A stretch of DNA of 63,538 bases, the filler included, from Ministeria vibrans ATCC 50519 (Eukaryota > Protista > Filasterea): NCBI GenBank assembly GCA_943704425.1. It is 9 parts of 9 records of this genome, joined end to end, with 100 filler letters (N's around TTAATTAATTAA, not from the genome) between each part and the next. Parts side by side here need not be neighbours in the genome. Positions count along the whole stretch, not along the records: positions 37,696 to 41,983 come from CALSCP010000761.1; positions 42,084 to 46,799 come from CALSCP010000488.1; positions 46,900 to 55,877 come from CALSCP010002244.1; 6 more parts are not named here. One strand, given 5' to 3'. Numbering within the stretch: the first letter of the stretch is position 1; every line of letters begins with the position of its first letter. This document shows, piece after piece, positions 38,148 to 55,445 of this stretch. The notes beneath the pieces are model-generated. The model was given only the letters and a program-made list of their open reading frames with translations, searched no databases and was not told the origin of the DNA. The position numbers and the translations under genes are program-made.

Positions 38148-39533
38148 ATGGAGTTTATCGGCAACGGTCCAACTCAGCCATCGAGACTGGTGTACGACAG
38201 TGATGATGATGAGCTGTCGTCTTTTGTTCCCGCTAGCGTTGGATTTGATGGAATTGGGAAACCAGAGTGGTAATCACTGCAGAACACATTTTGCATATTT
38301 TTGCTCACTCCTCCTCGCGCTGTACACACGGCAGTGTGCTTACGAGAGGCATCGTAGCAATCGGAACAGCTTCGTGTGCTTTAGTGCAGGCTGCCTATGG
38401 CGACGCACTGAGCGTACTCGGTTGTGTTTCAACGGAGAACATTCACGACCAAGACAGCTCAAGAATAAGTATACACACCACACAGACACACCACACATAC
38501 ACATCACACAGACACATATACATTCACACCACACCACAAAGACATAGATACACACCACAATTACACACGCACACACACCACAAAGACGCACTCACACGCC
38601 ATGAAAACACACTCACGCACACCATGAAAACACACTCACACACCATGAACACACACTCACACACACCATGAAAACACACTCGCACACACCATGGAAACAC
38701 ACTCACACACACCATGAAAACACACTCACACACACCATGAAAACACACTCACACACAGCATGAACACACACTCACACACACCATGAAAACACACTCACAC
38801 ACACCATGAAAACACACTCACACACACCATGAAAACACACTCACACACACCATGAAAACACACTCACACACACCATGAAAACACACTCGCACACACCATG
38901 AAAACACACCCACACACACCATGAACAACTCCATGAAAACACACTCACACCCGTATCACCCTCATTTGATTTTTATTGCATTTTGTAGCCATTGCCAATG
39001 TGTACGCCGTTACGTCACAAGACATTGCCATTGTGTTGGTGGCCGAGACAGTTGACGCAGAGTTGGCGCGCGCATTTGCCTCGCTTCTTGCTTCAGCGTC
39101 GTCCACCTCAACAGTGACGCAGTGGTACGTCCACACGCTGCGTGCCGCCTCGTCAAGTCCCTTCCACCCTGTCGACACCGACGGCGGACCATTGTTGCGT
39201 GCTCTCCACAGCGCCAACACAGACACTGCCGCTGCCTCGTTCACCACAAAAGACGTTCCTTCCCTCGAGCCTGGCGTCACCCTTGACGGCCTCACCGCCA
39301 GTCTTGTCGAACTCGCAACAATCACGCGCACTTTCACCTGCACCGTCCTCTTGGCCTTCTTCGAACCCGGCTACGTCCTCGCCGCCGCCACTCTTCTTTC
39401 TCCTCACCTTCTCCTCTCCTCTCCCACCCCAATCGACCTCTCCCTTCTCCAACGCCACCTCTCTCTCCTTGAATCAGACTCTCGTGCTGTCTCTCACCCC
39501 GAACGCTCCGTCCCCGACACTCTCTACATGTAA
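38148..39533 (+). CDS. PSMG1: Proteasome assembly chaperone 1
   Basis: PSRLVYDSDDDE N-terminus; LLRALHS, PSLEPGVTLDGLTASLV; C-terminal HbYX motif LYM*. Confidence 0.72.
38599..38950. repeat. Intronic 23-bp minisatellite (CCATGAAAACACACTCACACACA) x ~15
   Basis: Direct reading. Confidence 0.92.
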
Positions 39534-39593
39534 AAAAAGGAAAACGCAAAAAAAAGTACATTCTTTTATTATCATAATATTATTGACGTTGTG

Positions 39594-39961
39594 CTAAGAC
39601 GACTGTGCGACAAACTCCTTGAGACGAAGTTTCTTGAGCTTGAGAGCGGCATTAAGGGTGGTGGCAGTCTCGACAAGGGCATCGAGGTGGGCACGGTAGC
39701 GCACGTAGTAGCCGTGGACGTCGCAGTAGGCGCGAGAGTGGGCGTCTGTGCCCTCGACCGTCTCGTCGTACTGTGCCATGAGAGCACGGAACTCCGCTTT
39801 GGTCCGGTCGATGCGCGACTGCAGCGATTGGAAGGCGTCGTAGTCACGCAGGAAGGCCGCACGAACAGCATCGAACTCGGCCGGAGAGGAAATGGGGGAC
39901 GATGCACCCAAGTCAAAGAGACACGCGGCAGCCTCTTCGTCAGTTGGAGTAGTAGTAGTAC

Positions 39962-39993
<32 letters not shown>

Positions 39994-41534
39994 CTAGTAG
40001 TAGTAGGAGGAGGAGGAGGAGGAGGAGGAGGAGGAGAGAGCAGCAGCAGAGGAGGAGCAGCAGCAGTAGCAGCTGTAGTATTTGTAGCAGTAGTGGTAGT
40101 AGGGGCTGTTGTTGTTGTGGTAGTGGCGGTGGCGGTGGAGCGGGAGGAGCGACGTAGTGGCGTTGTTTGTATTGTTGGTGCTGCAGGTGGAACAGTGCGC
40201 TTGGGCTGCGCTGGTACCACACCATCACGGGACACGCTGCCTACGACCGATCCTGCAATCGCACCAGCTCCAGCACCCGCCGCACCCACACTCGCGTCCC
40301 CTGAGCGTGACAGTGTGCGCGGTCTCTTCCGTCGACTTGCCTCCTCCGTCAGTTCCAGCGCTTCGTCTCTTCTGCGTCGTATTTGCACCCGTTCCGTATT
40401 GCTAAACTCCGGGTGCTTCACACACACCCCTGCGTATCGTTCTCGCAACAAATGATACCGCTCAGTGCCCTTTTCATCCGTTCGCTTCTCTGTCGCCTAC
40501 AAAATGTTAAAACAAAACGGTACTTATGAGTATTCGTTGCTTTGTACAATAGCAGTACCTCATTCAGAAACCGGTCGACAAAAAGCAAGGCAGGGCGGTC
40601 CTTGATAAGGCCTTTGCCCAGCAGCGTAATGAGCTCCTGACGCGTCAGGGCCTTCCACGCCAGTCGATGCAACAGCGCACTCCGTAGATGTGCATACTGC
40701 CATATGCATACACCGGTGCGTTATGTTACGACACACTATTTGGTTGATGCTTTTACCTTGTCTGAACTGGGCGCTCGGCCTGTCTCCAGTTTCGCTCTAT
40801 ATCAAAAGGAAAAATTCAATTGCACAGCTCAATTGTGCAACAACAAAACAGAATACATCACTTACGCGGCTTTGGTCTTTTTCGCCTCTTCGAGCGCAAC
40901 TCGCTCCTGTGTCTTGCTTGACAAACTCGATGAGAGTGGTGCTCGTGCAGTCAGGCGAAACGCGGCGGGTCCAATCGACTGCAGATTCGTCGGATCCGAC
41001 TTGCGCTGCAACAGTAACTCAAAGAGACCCCGATCATCAACGCGCTCAACCACTTCGTGACGGATTTCAGCAGCACCCTCACCAACGGCAATCCACTACA
41101 ATAATATCAGTGAGACAGAGAAACACAGTGACACACACAGAGACACAGTGACACAGAGACATAGACAGAGAAAGAGAGAAGCAGAAGGGAAAGAAACAAA
41201 GCAAGTGTGTGTGTGTGAGAGAGAGAGAGAGGAGGGTGATAAAGAAACAAGATGAGAGAGAGAGAGAGGAGAGACACAACGCGATAGTGAGAGAGACAGA
41301 CAAAGTGCTAAAGACAAAAACGTACGCCATTGCGATTGTCTGATGGAAGCTGAACACGCATTCCCGCTCCTTTTGAGGCAATGGCCTTCTCCATAATCTC
41401 GGTGGTGAGCCGTAGCGGGACAATCTGCAATGGTGGACGAATGAGAGTTTGTTCTGACGCAATTTTTGACGGACGTGAAACCGATCATTGTCAAATGCTT
41501 TGATCGTATACGAGCGATCCTGCCGAAGGTCCAT
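39594..41534 (-). CDS. ELL: RNA polymerase II elongation factor ELL
   Basis: N-terminal VPLRLTTEIMEKA; LLHRLAWKALTRQEL; YHLLRERY..HPEFSNTER; Pro/Thr linker; occludin/ELL C-domain SPISSPAEFDAVRAAFLRDYDAF...LKLKKLRLKEF. Confidence 0.78.
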
Positions 41535-41829
41535 CGCAAACAAGTGATGTATCGTTGAGAAACGACGAAATAAAATAATAAATATGGTTATTATGGCCGA
41601 TTGGCGATTAGTGATTACTAGAATTCGACTCAACTTTTGATTGATCGCATTAACCAAATATCCGTCCATCAGAATTTGCAAAGCGATCAAATCTCAATCT
41701 CAAGCGCTCTTTATCGTCAGCTTGATTCTCGTCTCCCTTTCTCTCTCTCTGTCTCTCTCTCTCTCTCGTATACAGTACAGCATGGCATCGTCGTCGGCAA
41801 CCATCATGTACGCGACTCACGTCGTTCCG

Positions 41830-41868
<39 letters not shown>

Positions 41869-41983
41869 CTCCTATGCTTCGACCTATCACTCTCACTCTC
41901 CACCCACTTGTCTCCCATGCACCCTCCACCCGCTTCCCTCTCTCATCTCCCAATCTGTCTCCCTTTCTTTTTTTTTTTTTTTT

Positions 41984-42083
41984 NNNNNNNNNNNNNNNNN
42001 NNNNNNNNNNNNNNNNNNNNNNNNNNNTTAATTAATTAANNNNNNNNNNNNNNNNNNNNNNNNNNNNNNNNNNNNNNNNNNNN
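41984..42083. other. Artificial contig linker
   Basis: N44-TTAATTAATTAA-N44. Confidence 0.98.
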
Positions 42084-42191
<108 letters not shown>

Positions 42192-42231
42192 TATCCTTTC
42201 TCTTTATCCTTTCTCTCTCTTCTTCTCCTAA

Positions 42232-43430
<1,199 letters not shown>

Positions 43431-43528
43431 GGCAATTGTCATTCGTTTATTCAGATTTCACACTGACCGACTGACTGGAACACGATTGGAAAAAGAAATG
43501 AAAAAAACATCCTCTTTTTTTCTCTGTT

Positions 43529-45565
43529 TCATATTCTACTCATCGAGAGTGTAACATTGTTCTGACGCTGTCGAATAGATTCTTTGAGTTCGCGCATGTT
43601 CTGTGCCACAATGCGTGTGCTCTCGAGTGCCTCGCCCAAGTCACGTCCTAACAGAATCGCAGAAGACGCGTCGCGGTGCTGCGTCTGTTCCTCTCGTTGC
43701 CACTGCTGTTGTTGTTGTTGTTGTTGTTGTTCTTGCTCCTCCACTACCTCAGTCTCAACCTCACTCGCAAACGCCGTCTTAAATTGAACACCATGTATCA
43801 CTGCAATTGCTCGCATCGCTGCCAACTCCCGTCGCAACCGCGACACCGTCTGCTCGCCCTCCACCGCCGCGTACTCCAGTTGTTCGACGGTGCTCTTGAG
43901 TGTTGCACACTCGTCGCGTGTCCCTGCAAGCTGCCGCGTCAATCGCTCGTGGCTCTTGCTCATGCGACTCACACGTGTCTCTGCCTCACGTGCTCTACGC
44001 GCCAGCCCATCCCGGTACGACGCCACTTGCTCTGCCACAATCTGCTCACTGACTTGCGTCGCATTCTCTTTACAACTCTCCAGAGCCCTCTCGCCACGCA
44101 TTCGCTCTTCTGTAATCTGCTGCCGCAGCGTACCCACTACCGTTTCGCTTTGACGAAGCTGTCGCTGCACTCCCGCCAGCTCTTCTTCGAGCGCGTTCAC
44201 GCGGGTCTCTCGCTCACGCGCGCTCCGTCTCAGTTCGTGTATCTCGCGCGCTTGTGCGTCCTCACGCGCCTCCATGTCACCCAAACGCCGCTCTCGCTCC
44301 GCCAGCACCTCGCTCAATGTCTCGGCCGAGGCCTTGTCACGCGCCACTGCAGCCTCAATGGACTGCAGTCTGCCTTCAAGTTGGCGACACTGCGCCTGGT
44401 GTCGCTGCCGCGCTCGCTCATGCTCGTGTCCGCTCTTCTCCGCCACCAATTGCACACGATCACGCTCGGCGGCTAGTTCGTCGCGCGCTTGAATCGCTTC
44501 CTCAAGCAACTGTTGAAGCTCACCAATGGCCTGTCGACACACGGAGGTGTCTGCCTGCGCTGCCTGTACCTGCGTAGAGGCCTCTTCGCGCTCCCGCTCC
44601 AGCCTCTCCCGCACATGTTGTGTCTCCGCCTCGGCGGCGCTTTTCCGTTCGTTCGCATCGCTAAGTGCCGACTGTGCCTCCGCGGTGCGCCGCAACGCCG
44701 TCTCAAGACGCTCCTCAAGACCATCGACATGTCGCTGCGCAAGTTGACGTTCCTGCTCGGTGTGAGCACGCAGCAGCTCCAGAGCTCGCTCTTGCTCGGC
44801 GCGCACTTGCTCGACTTCAACTGCGGCACGCGCATTTGCTCTGTTTACGTCCGCCTCAAGAGCCTCGCCAGCACGAATCGACTCCGCAAGGCGCGACTCG
44901 GCTTTCTCGGCGCGCGCTCGCTGCTCCTGCAACCGTTCTTCGGTGTCCACCAGTCGCGCGCTTTGCAGCTCAAACCGACGGACGTGCGCCGCATCGTCTG
45001 CCTGCAGCGTCAATAAGCGCTGTCGATGACTCTCCTCGGCGCTCTCCAGTTCCTGTCTCAACGTGCGGCACTGTTCTTGAAGATCGTGCAGACGCACTTG
45101 GTGACACACATCCGACGCGGGAGCCGGTGCTGCTGCAATGCCCTGGACAAGACCAAGCAGTGCGGCACGACTAGCTGTTGTGTGAGCATGTGCTTGCTCG
45201 AGCAACTCGCTGCGGTGGCGGCGCTCCGCTGAGGACGAAGAAAAGGCAATGTTTTTGAAAAGGGCGCGTCGTCGCGTTGACACTGATTGCTTTGGCTTCG
45301 AATTAGTATTTGCATCTGTCGCTCTCCCGGACGCGCCCACTCGCCGCTGCGTTGCTCTAAGTTCGTCGTGCAGCTCAACTGTGTGTGCCCGAAGCGCGTC
45401 GCGCGCTGCGTTGGCCGCGAGCAATTCGCGTTCTGCGGTGCGCGCTCGTTCTAACAGCCCCTCAGACGTCGCCGTGCGAGAGGTGCGACCCGCCATCTCA
45501 TGTAGCGGTGCTTTTCTTTGGGTGCTTGTAAGAAGCGGAGGCTCGTCGTCTATAAGAAGCGACAT
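43529..45565 (-). CDS. Intronless long coiled-coil protein (678 aa), family unknown
   Basis: Uninterrupted E/R/A/Q/L-rich ORF with heptad character. Confidence 0.8.
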   Translation of the reverse strand: MSLLIDDEPPLLTSTQRKAPLHEMAGRTSRTATSEGLLERARTAERELLAANAARDALRAHTVELHDELRATQRRVGASGRATDANTNSKPKQSVSTRRRALFKNIAFSSSSAERRHRSELLEQAHAHTTASRAALLGLVQGIAAAPAPASDVCHQVRLHDLQEQCRTLRQELESAEESHRQRLLTLQADDAAHVRRFELQSARLVDTEERLQEQRARAEKAESRLAESIRAGEALEADVNRANARAAVEVEQVRAEQERALELLRAHTEQERQLAQRHVDGLEERLETALRRTAEAQSALSDANERKSAAEAETQHVRERLEREREEASTQVQAAQADTSVCRQAIGELQQLLEEAIQARDELAAERDRVQLVAEKSGHEHERARQRHQAQCRQLEGRLQSIEAAVARDKASAETLSEVLAERERRLGDMEAREDAQAREIHELRRSARERETRVNALEEELAGVQRQLRQSETVVGTLRQQITEERMRGERALESCKENATQVSEQIVAEQVASYRDGLARRAREAETRVSRMSKSHERLTRQLAGTRDECATLKSTVEQLEYAAVEGEQTVSRLRRELAAMRAIAVIHGVQFKTAFASEVETEVVEEQEQQQQQQQQQWQREEQTQHRDASSAILLGRDLGEALESTRIVAQNMRELKESIRQRQNNVTLSMSRI

Positions 45566-45840
45566 AATAATTATGAGTATAAAATTTGAAAATAATTATT
45601 ACTAATATGACAGTGAGTACACAGACGGACCGTCTACTCAATATTCAGGGAGAGAAGAAATATCAATATGTTTTATCTAACACTGAATCTATCATCACTC
45701 ATCTATGGACTACGGCGAAAGCATCCAGCCACCAGGGTTGTAATCTCATTGAATGGATGACTTGCATTTCTCTTTTTTGACCTTGTTCTCTGAGTGTCTC
45801 TTTACACTTTCGATTGTACTAATTGTTTTTGGTTTGTTTA

Positions 45841-46664
45841 TTACTTGGTTGACACACGAGTTCTTCTAGAGTGATGGTAGTTGTCCGCGTACGATCGTGG
45901 CTTCGAAATGCGCGACGGCTACAAGAAAAAGAAACACAAACCAAAAATAATTCAATCGACGATTCACACTATAACAAAAAACACACACACACACACGCGC
46001 GCGCGCGACAGAGCTACAGTGCACACAAGTCGGGTGGATGATTCAACATGCGACATGATAGTCTCACAAAAAGCAAAATCTGTTGTTGACGTGTGTTTCA
46101 GTTCGCTCACCTTCTCAGTCACAAACGGTTTGTATCCATTTTTGATAGCAAAATTTGTCGCCTCTTCCTTTGTATCAAAGTGCAGCTATAAAAACAGAGA
46201 AGAAGATAAGACAATATAATAATATAATAATAAAACAGAGTAAGTGAGAGAGTCTGACCTGCATATTTGAGTGAGGGTCTGCAGTGCTGCCCCAGCCCAT
46301 CAGAGGGTTCTCCCACTTCTCAGGCACGTCGAAATCCATAGTCCAGCCATGGCTGATGTGGGTGCCGGACTGCGTGGCGCTCTTGGACAGCTAATACGGA
46401 CGAAAAGGTGTCAAAAAAAACGCTTTTTTTTTTCTTTCAAAGAACCCTTTTTACCTGATAAATGTGGGCGCGTCGGCCTTGGTACTGTTCGGGAGTGCCG
46501 CTGATAGGGTTGAGGAGGCCGGGTGCGGGCGTGTCCTCGGGCGCGGATGTGTCTGTGCGGGTGACGGCAGCGCGCGTCATTGTCACGACCCCAGAGGGCG
46601 CGTTGGACGACGCCAGCCTCGCAGCAAGGCGCCCTGTGGTGACCGCTGAGACTAAGCGCAACAT
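45841..46664 (-). CDS. NDUFS4: Complex I accessory subunit NDUFS4
   Basis: Presequence; [16 protein letters not shown]; ATQSG; [14 protein letters not shown]; LHFDTKEEA; PRSYADNY...RVSTK*. Confidence 0.95.
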
Positions 46665-46799
46665 GCTAAACAAGGCCAAGAAATAACAATTATTTTGAGT
46701 TATTTACTTATTCTTGACAGATCGAGATGAGTAATGATCTTTCCCAAGAAATCTTTCACTTTCTTTTACTCGAAAAAAAAAAAAAAAAAATCAATCCTC

Positions 46800-46899
46800 N
46801 NNNNNNNNNNNNNNNNNNNNNNNNNNNNNNNNNNNNNNNNNNNTTAATTAATTAANNNNNNNNNNNNNNNNNNNNNNNNNNNNNNNNNNNNNNNNNNNN
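46800..46899. other. Artificial contig linker
   Basis: N44-TTAATTAATTAA-N44. Confidence 0.98.
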
Positions 46900-47001
<102 letters not shown>

Positions 47002-47067
47002 TCTCTCTCTTTCTCTCTCTCTGGTGCCCATTGTGTCATGTAGGAAATTAAAGATATAATTATTGTA

Positions 47068-47533
47068 TTACATTGCACGTCGATCCGCCTCGAGTGCCTT
47101 GGCCTTCTCCTTGATACGCACAAGCTGCGCCTTCTTCTTTTCCTTGTCCAGGGCAAACGGCGAGCGCAACAGATCAACGTTGCGTGCAACCTCTCGAATG
47201 TCGCGCTCCTTGGCGGCCTCTGTGCCCACCTTGAGGCGGTTGAGCATAAACTGTCGTTGCCTATACATAAACACACCACGTAAGAACGACGGGAGGCCAA
47301 AAGAAACATAGAAACGATCACAAATCGTCTCTCAATGGATTGCTTGCTCTCGCAATCACGTTTGTCTCGCAATGGATTGTTTGCAGTCACAATCACGTTT
47401 GTCTCGCAATGGGTTGTTTGCAGTCACAATCACTTTTGTCTCTCGATGGATTGATTGCTCTCACAATCAATTTGTCTCTCGATTGATGGATTGTTCTCTG
47501 TTCTCTCTCTCTCTCTATCACTTTGTTTCTTTC

Positions 47534-47628
<95 letters not shown>

Positions 47629-48365
47629 TACCGCTTCTCACGAATTTCGTTGACACGAGCCATGGCACGCAAAGTAGTCGCCCACAATTGTCTGTCGTAC
47701 TTGATAGGAACCTGTCGTCGACGCTCAAACTCATACGACGCATCCTGTCAAAAAAAATGTCGTAACTTGTGAGCACTCCATCAATTCCTCTCTCTCTCCC
47801 TTTCGCCTTACCACCACCATTTCCTTGCCGTGCGCCTTGCGAAACGCCTTTGTCCATCGCACCTAGTAATACAAACAAGACAAGGAAGTCAGTGACGCCT
47901 TGAACGGGGGCGAAGCGTCGCTGGCAAAATCCATCCACGTGTATTGCTCTACTCGTCGACTACGGCGCGCGTAAGTCGCATTTCACTTATTCGCCCCTGA
48001 TACCACATGATCATGGACCAAATGCATCCGGCCATTGATAATTCCAACGACATACGCGGCAGACGGGCGCGTTCAACCGCACGAAAGTGTGAACTCAAAA
48101 ACCAAAGACAAAATATCCTTCGTTCGCGCGTGTCGTCAAACCAACGCCACGCAGAGTAGCCGCACGCCGCACAAACCCCCTGCAACACATCTGAAGCCCC
48201 CTCCCCGCCCCCATCCACTACCTTTCTCGGGTTGCGCTTCATCTTGAAGGCTCTGTGACACTTGGACCGGCAGAAGCGGAAGATTTTGCAATCGTTTCGC
48301 ACAAAGCAAACACCATGCCCCGGGTACACCGAGCTACTACAAAAGTAACACTTCTCAATACGCAT
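47068..48365 (-). CDS. RSL24D1: Ribosome biogenesis protein RLP24
   Basis: [43 protein letters not shown]|[15 protein letters not shown]; [13 protein letters not shown]. Confidence 0.96.
47320..47495. repeat. Intronic ~37-bp degenerate tandem repeat (CAATCACGTTTGTCTCGCAATGGATTGTTTGCAGTCA)
   Basis: About 4-5 diverged units by direct reading. Confidence 0.75.
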
Positions 48366-48489
48366 GATGAAAGTCGATGAAAAAGAATGAAACTTTAGTC
48401 AGAGTGTCAGACACACTGACAGTCTGACACACTGCTGACCGCTCTGATGATCTGATCACACTTTTATACCTTTTATTCTACTCAACACT

Positions 48490-51694
<3,205 letters not shown>

Positions 51695-51984
51695 GCTTTG
51701 CCATGCCGCTGTGTGAAAGAGAGAGAGAGAGTCAACGACAATAGTAAACAAACGCCAAAATTATCAACAAAAATAATATAACGAACATGAAGGAGTGCAT
51801 TACCACCCTCAACTGAGCTTTGCCATGCCGCTGTGTGAAAGAGAGAGAGAGTCAACGACAATAGTGAGCAAATGCCAACAAAATATTTAATACCATTATA
51901 ATTTATACCAAAATCCAAATTACAATTGTTTTTTAAAAAAAATTCACCCGTCTTCTTCATCACTTGGCCGACACCCTTGCCACG

Positions 51985-52389
51985 ATGGATCCCCGCCGCT
52001 TTAGTGATAAGATCGCTTTGCAGCGGAAGAAACAGGAAGACCAAGAACGAATGTTTCGCGACATTTTCAACGCAAGCAAAGAAGAAACGAACCTCTCCGC
52101 GCCGGCGTTTGCTCCTCATGGGGCACGGCTTGAACAGGACAAAGAGGTATGGACCTTTTGGTTTCACTTTTGTGCCTGTTTTGTTTTTTTTTTTTTTTTT
52201 TTTTTTCTCCTTTCTGTCAACGTTTTGCGAATGTTCTGAAGAGACGTCAAAGGGAGCTGTCCGGCTGCACGGTGCCCCCGATGCGTGTGGGGGGCCTTGC
52301 CATATGTGTGATCCCCACCCATTGACGCGTCGTTCGCGCTGTCCCCCGCAATGGCAAAGACCGCAATGACACCCTTCGCCAAAACCCCC

Positions 52390-52437
<48 letters not shown>

Positions 52438-52565
52438 NNNNNNNNNNNNNNNNNNNNNNNNNNNNNNNNNNNNNNNNNNNNNNNNNNNNNNNNNNNNNNN
52501 NNNNNNNNNNNNNNNNNNNNNNNNNNNNNNNNNNNNNNNNNNNNNNNNNNNNNNNNNNNACCCCC

Positions 52566-52612
<47 letters not shown>

Positions 52613-55028
52613 CCGCACACCCTCCCAACCCACGGCGCAGCCCGCCCTCCTCCTTCGATCTACTTACTCCTGCCCTATCCCTTTCCCCTGCCATATGCAC
52701 GTCTCTCCTGCTCTCTACGTCGTTTCTTTTAACGTGAAGGATGTGGTTTTTTTTTTTTTTTTTTTTTTTTTTCCTGCCCATTTCTGTATTTCTGTCGTCT
52801 CTCTCTCTCTCTCTCTCTATCCGTCACCGGGGAAGCTCCCTTCCACGGCCGGTCAAACGCAAGAATCCCCTCCCCAGTATGCTTGTGTGTCCGTGGCGGC
52901 GCATGCGTTGCTGGGGCTTCTGTGTGCGGGTTTGTCTGTTTGGAGAAAGAAAGAAGAAGAGAAAAAAAATCGCTTCTGCTGAGTTTTTTGCCACCGCCTA
53001 CCGCCCAATCTGCCTTCTGTTGTTGTTGACGATGGGTTTCTATGCACGCGTGGCATTCCTGCTGCTTTTGGAGCGCTGTGCACCCAAATAATACCCAATG
53101 TGAAATGTCGTTGCCGTTCTTTGTTTCTTGTGTGGCTGAAACGAATCGTGTTGCGCTTGCGGTTGGTTCATTGGGTCAGTACAGCGTCTTTACATTGCTG
53201 TCATGGCTGTCCGTGTCGCTTCGTTTATAACACTCACATTACGCACTTTTTGGTTTGTTCAGTCACAACAGATTCGTGTGCAACAAATGTACGCACGCAT
53301 GCAAGGACTACCAGACAACCATCTGGCCATGGACCAGACCATGTCATCAGCATCACCGGCGTCGCCGTCACCCGCTCTCGGTGATGTGGTGGGCGAGCTC
53401 TACGAAATGCGTCTGTCCTCGCCCAAGACGGACCGTCGCTCACGGCCACGCACTCCCTCGTCAAACCCAAACTCAACGACCTCACCCGAATCCAAGCAGC
53501 ACTTAAGTACTCCCGGAAGCCCGCGTCCGACTGGCGGTCGGCGACGTGCCGGCTCAGAGAGCAAGCCAGTGAGTGTTGAGGCAGCGCGCAATGCCTGGAC
53601 ACAGTCACAGCTGCCGCCGTCGCCCCTCGTGGCCCGCCGCCGCCTCATGACTGTCGACCCAGACCTCTACGAGATGGGAGGCGAAGGTGATGCGGGTGGG
53701 GCAACTACGACAACAGGGAGAAAAATGCGGGGATCAGGACGCAAACGAGCCATGAGTGACTCAACGGCATTCAAACGAGCCGCGGTCGCATCGGCGGGCA
53801 AGGCAGCAGCTGCTGCCGCTGCCTACCACGCTGCAATGACTGCCTCGCTAGGAAGTGGTAGTGGTGCAGGCAGTGCAGCTGGGTCGGCAGGCGCAAGCGG
53901 GGCTAATAGTTCCACCACCACGCCCACCCCCGGCACTCCCACCTCCTTCCACGTCCCCTTTGCCTCCTCAAATCTCCCTCAGTCCTTTTGGAACCCATCC
54001 GATCAACAACAGCAACTGCAACTGCAGCAACAACAACAGCAGCAATCGGGAAGCCCTCTTTTCGACGTATCACAGTCACAGCGGCATCTCATGACAAGTG
54101 CCCCTGAACTTGGTTATGACGGTAAGCAGATCGTATGTGTGTTTATGGGTGTGTGTGTGTGTGTGTTGTGTTTGCGTGTTTGTACAAGTGTTTTAATGGA
54201 CCGATGCTCTCTGTAGATTATGGCTCGTCTGGCACGGCACCGGCTGCGTCGGTCTCTGCGGCGCCTCAAGGCGACATATACGCATCGCGGCAGCAGCAAC
54301 TGGCAACCCTGCGCCAACAGCACCAGCAGCGCGTCAATGCTTTGCGTCAGCAGCAACAACAACAACAGGCGGTGGTCGATGCTGCTGCTCTGTCTGCGTC
54401 GTCTGCTGTGCCTCTGGATGGCTCTGGGGCGTCCCCTGTGCGTTCCGATGACATGTCTCTCCAGCAACAGCTCATCTTTCAGCAGCAACTGTACATGCAG
54501 CAGCAGCTCTACCAACAGCGCCACCAAAACACATACGACCAGCCCCCACAAGACCAACTGCAACACCAACTGCACCAACAACAGCACCAACAACTTCAAC
54601 CACAACGGCACCAGTCGGCCGATGCGCTCTTCTCGCCCAACCTTCAGCCCGGCCCCGACTCCTACGCCGAAGAAGACCTCGGCTCATTTTTAGCGCAACT
54701 TGACCCGCAACCCAACGGCACCCACATCATCAAGAGCACCAACGACCTTTCCAACACTAGCACCACCGTGACCACAGGCGGCACCAACTCCAATGCACAC
54801 AGAATACCCCAACCCTCCACCACCACCTCCTCCGGCTCCTCTATCGCCCCTGCCACCACCAGCTCAGCCCCGTCTGCGTCCTCCGACCCCAACAACGACG
54901 TTCTCAGTCATGAGGACATGCAGACCGTCGAGGGCATTATCATGGGCGACGACCCTCTCCTCGCTGACAACATTCTCTCCTCTTTTAACGAGGAGGAACT
55001 CTATTCTCTCGACTCCACCTCTCCTTAA
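51985..55028 (+). CDS. CRTC: CREB-regulated transcription coactivator (CRTC/TORC)-like protein; exons 51985-52146, 53263-54121, 54218-55028
   Basis: MDPRRFSDKIALQRKKQEDQERMFRDIF matches the TORC_N helix (NPRKFSEKIAL..Q.QAEE..AF); RAMSDS site; Q-rich middle; acidic end VEGIIMGDDPLLAD. Confidence 0.75.
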
Positions 55029-55032
55029 AATT

Positions 55033-55122
<90 letters not shown>

Positions 55123-55138
55123 TATCTCTATCACTTTG

Positions 55139-55249
<111 letters not shown>

Positions 55250-55445
55250 CCTCTTTTTCCATTTCTCTTCTTTCTTTTGCTGCTCATCAATAACTAATAC
55301 ACTCCATTCGACTAATCAACCTTAGAAAAGCATTGTTTTTTACCATAATAATTATTTGCATTATTAGATTATAATTGTTCAAAGCGGTTGCGGGAGTACG
55401 AGAGAGAGAGAGGAAAGTTATGGATGTATCAGTAGTGCGCAGTTT

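Noticed and set aside
38599-38950. CRISPR-like array
   Set aside because: Head-to-tail units with no unique spacers; eukaryotic intron; no cas genes
41782-41807. ATG exon MASSSATIM as the 5' end of the proline iminopeptidase
   Set aside because: Separated from the peptidase exons by an artificial linker, so linkage cannot be inferred
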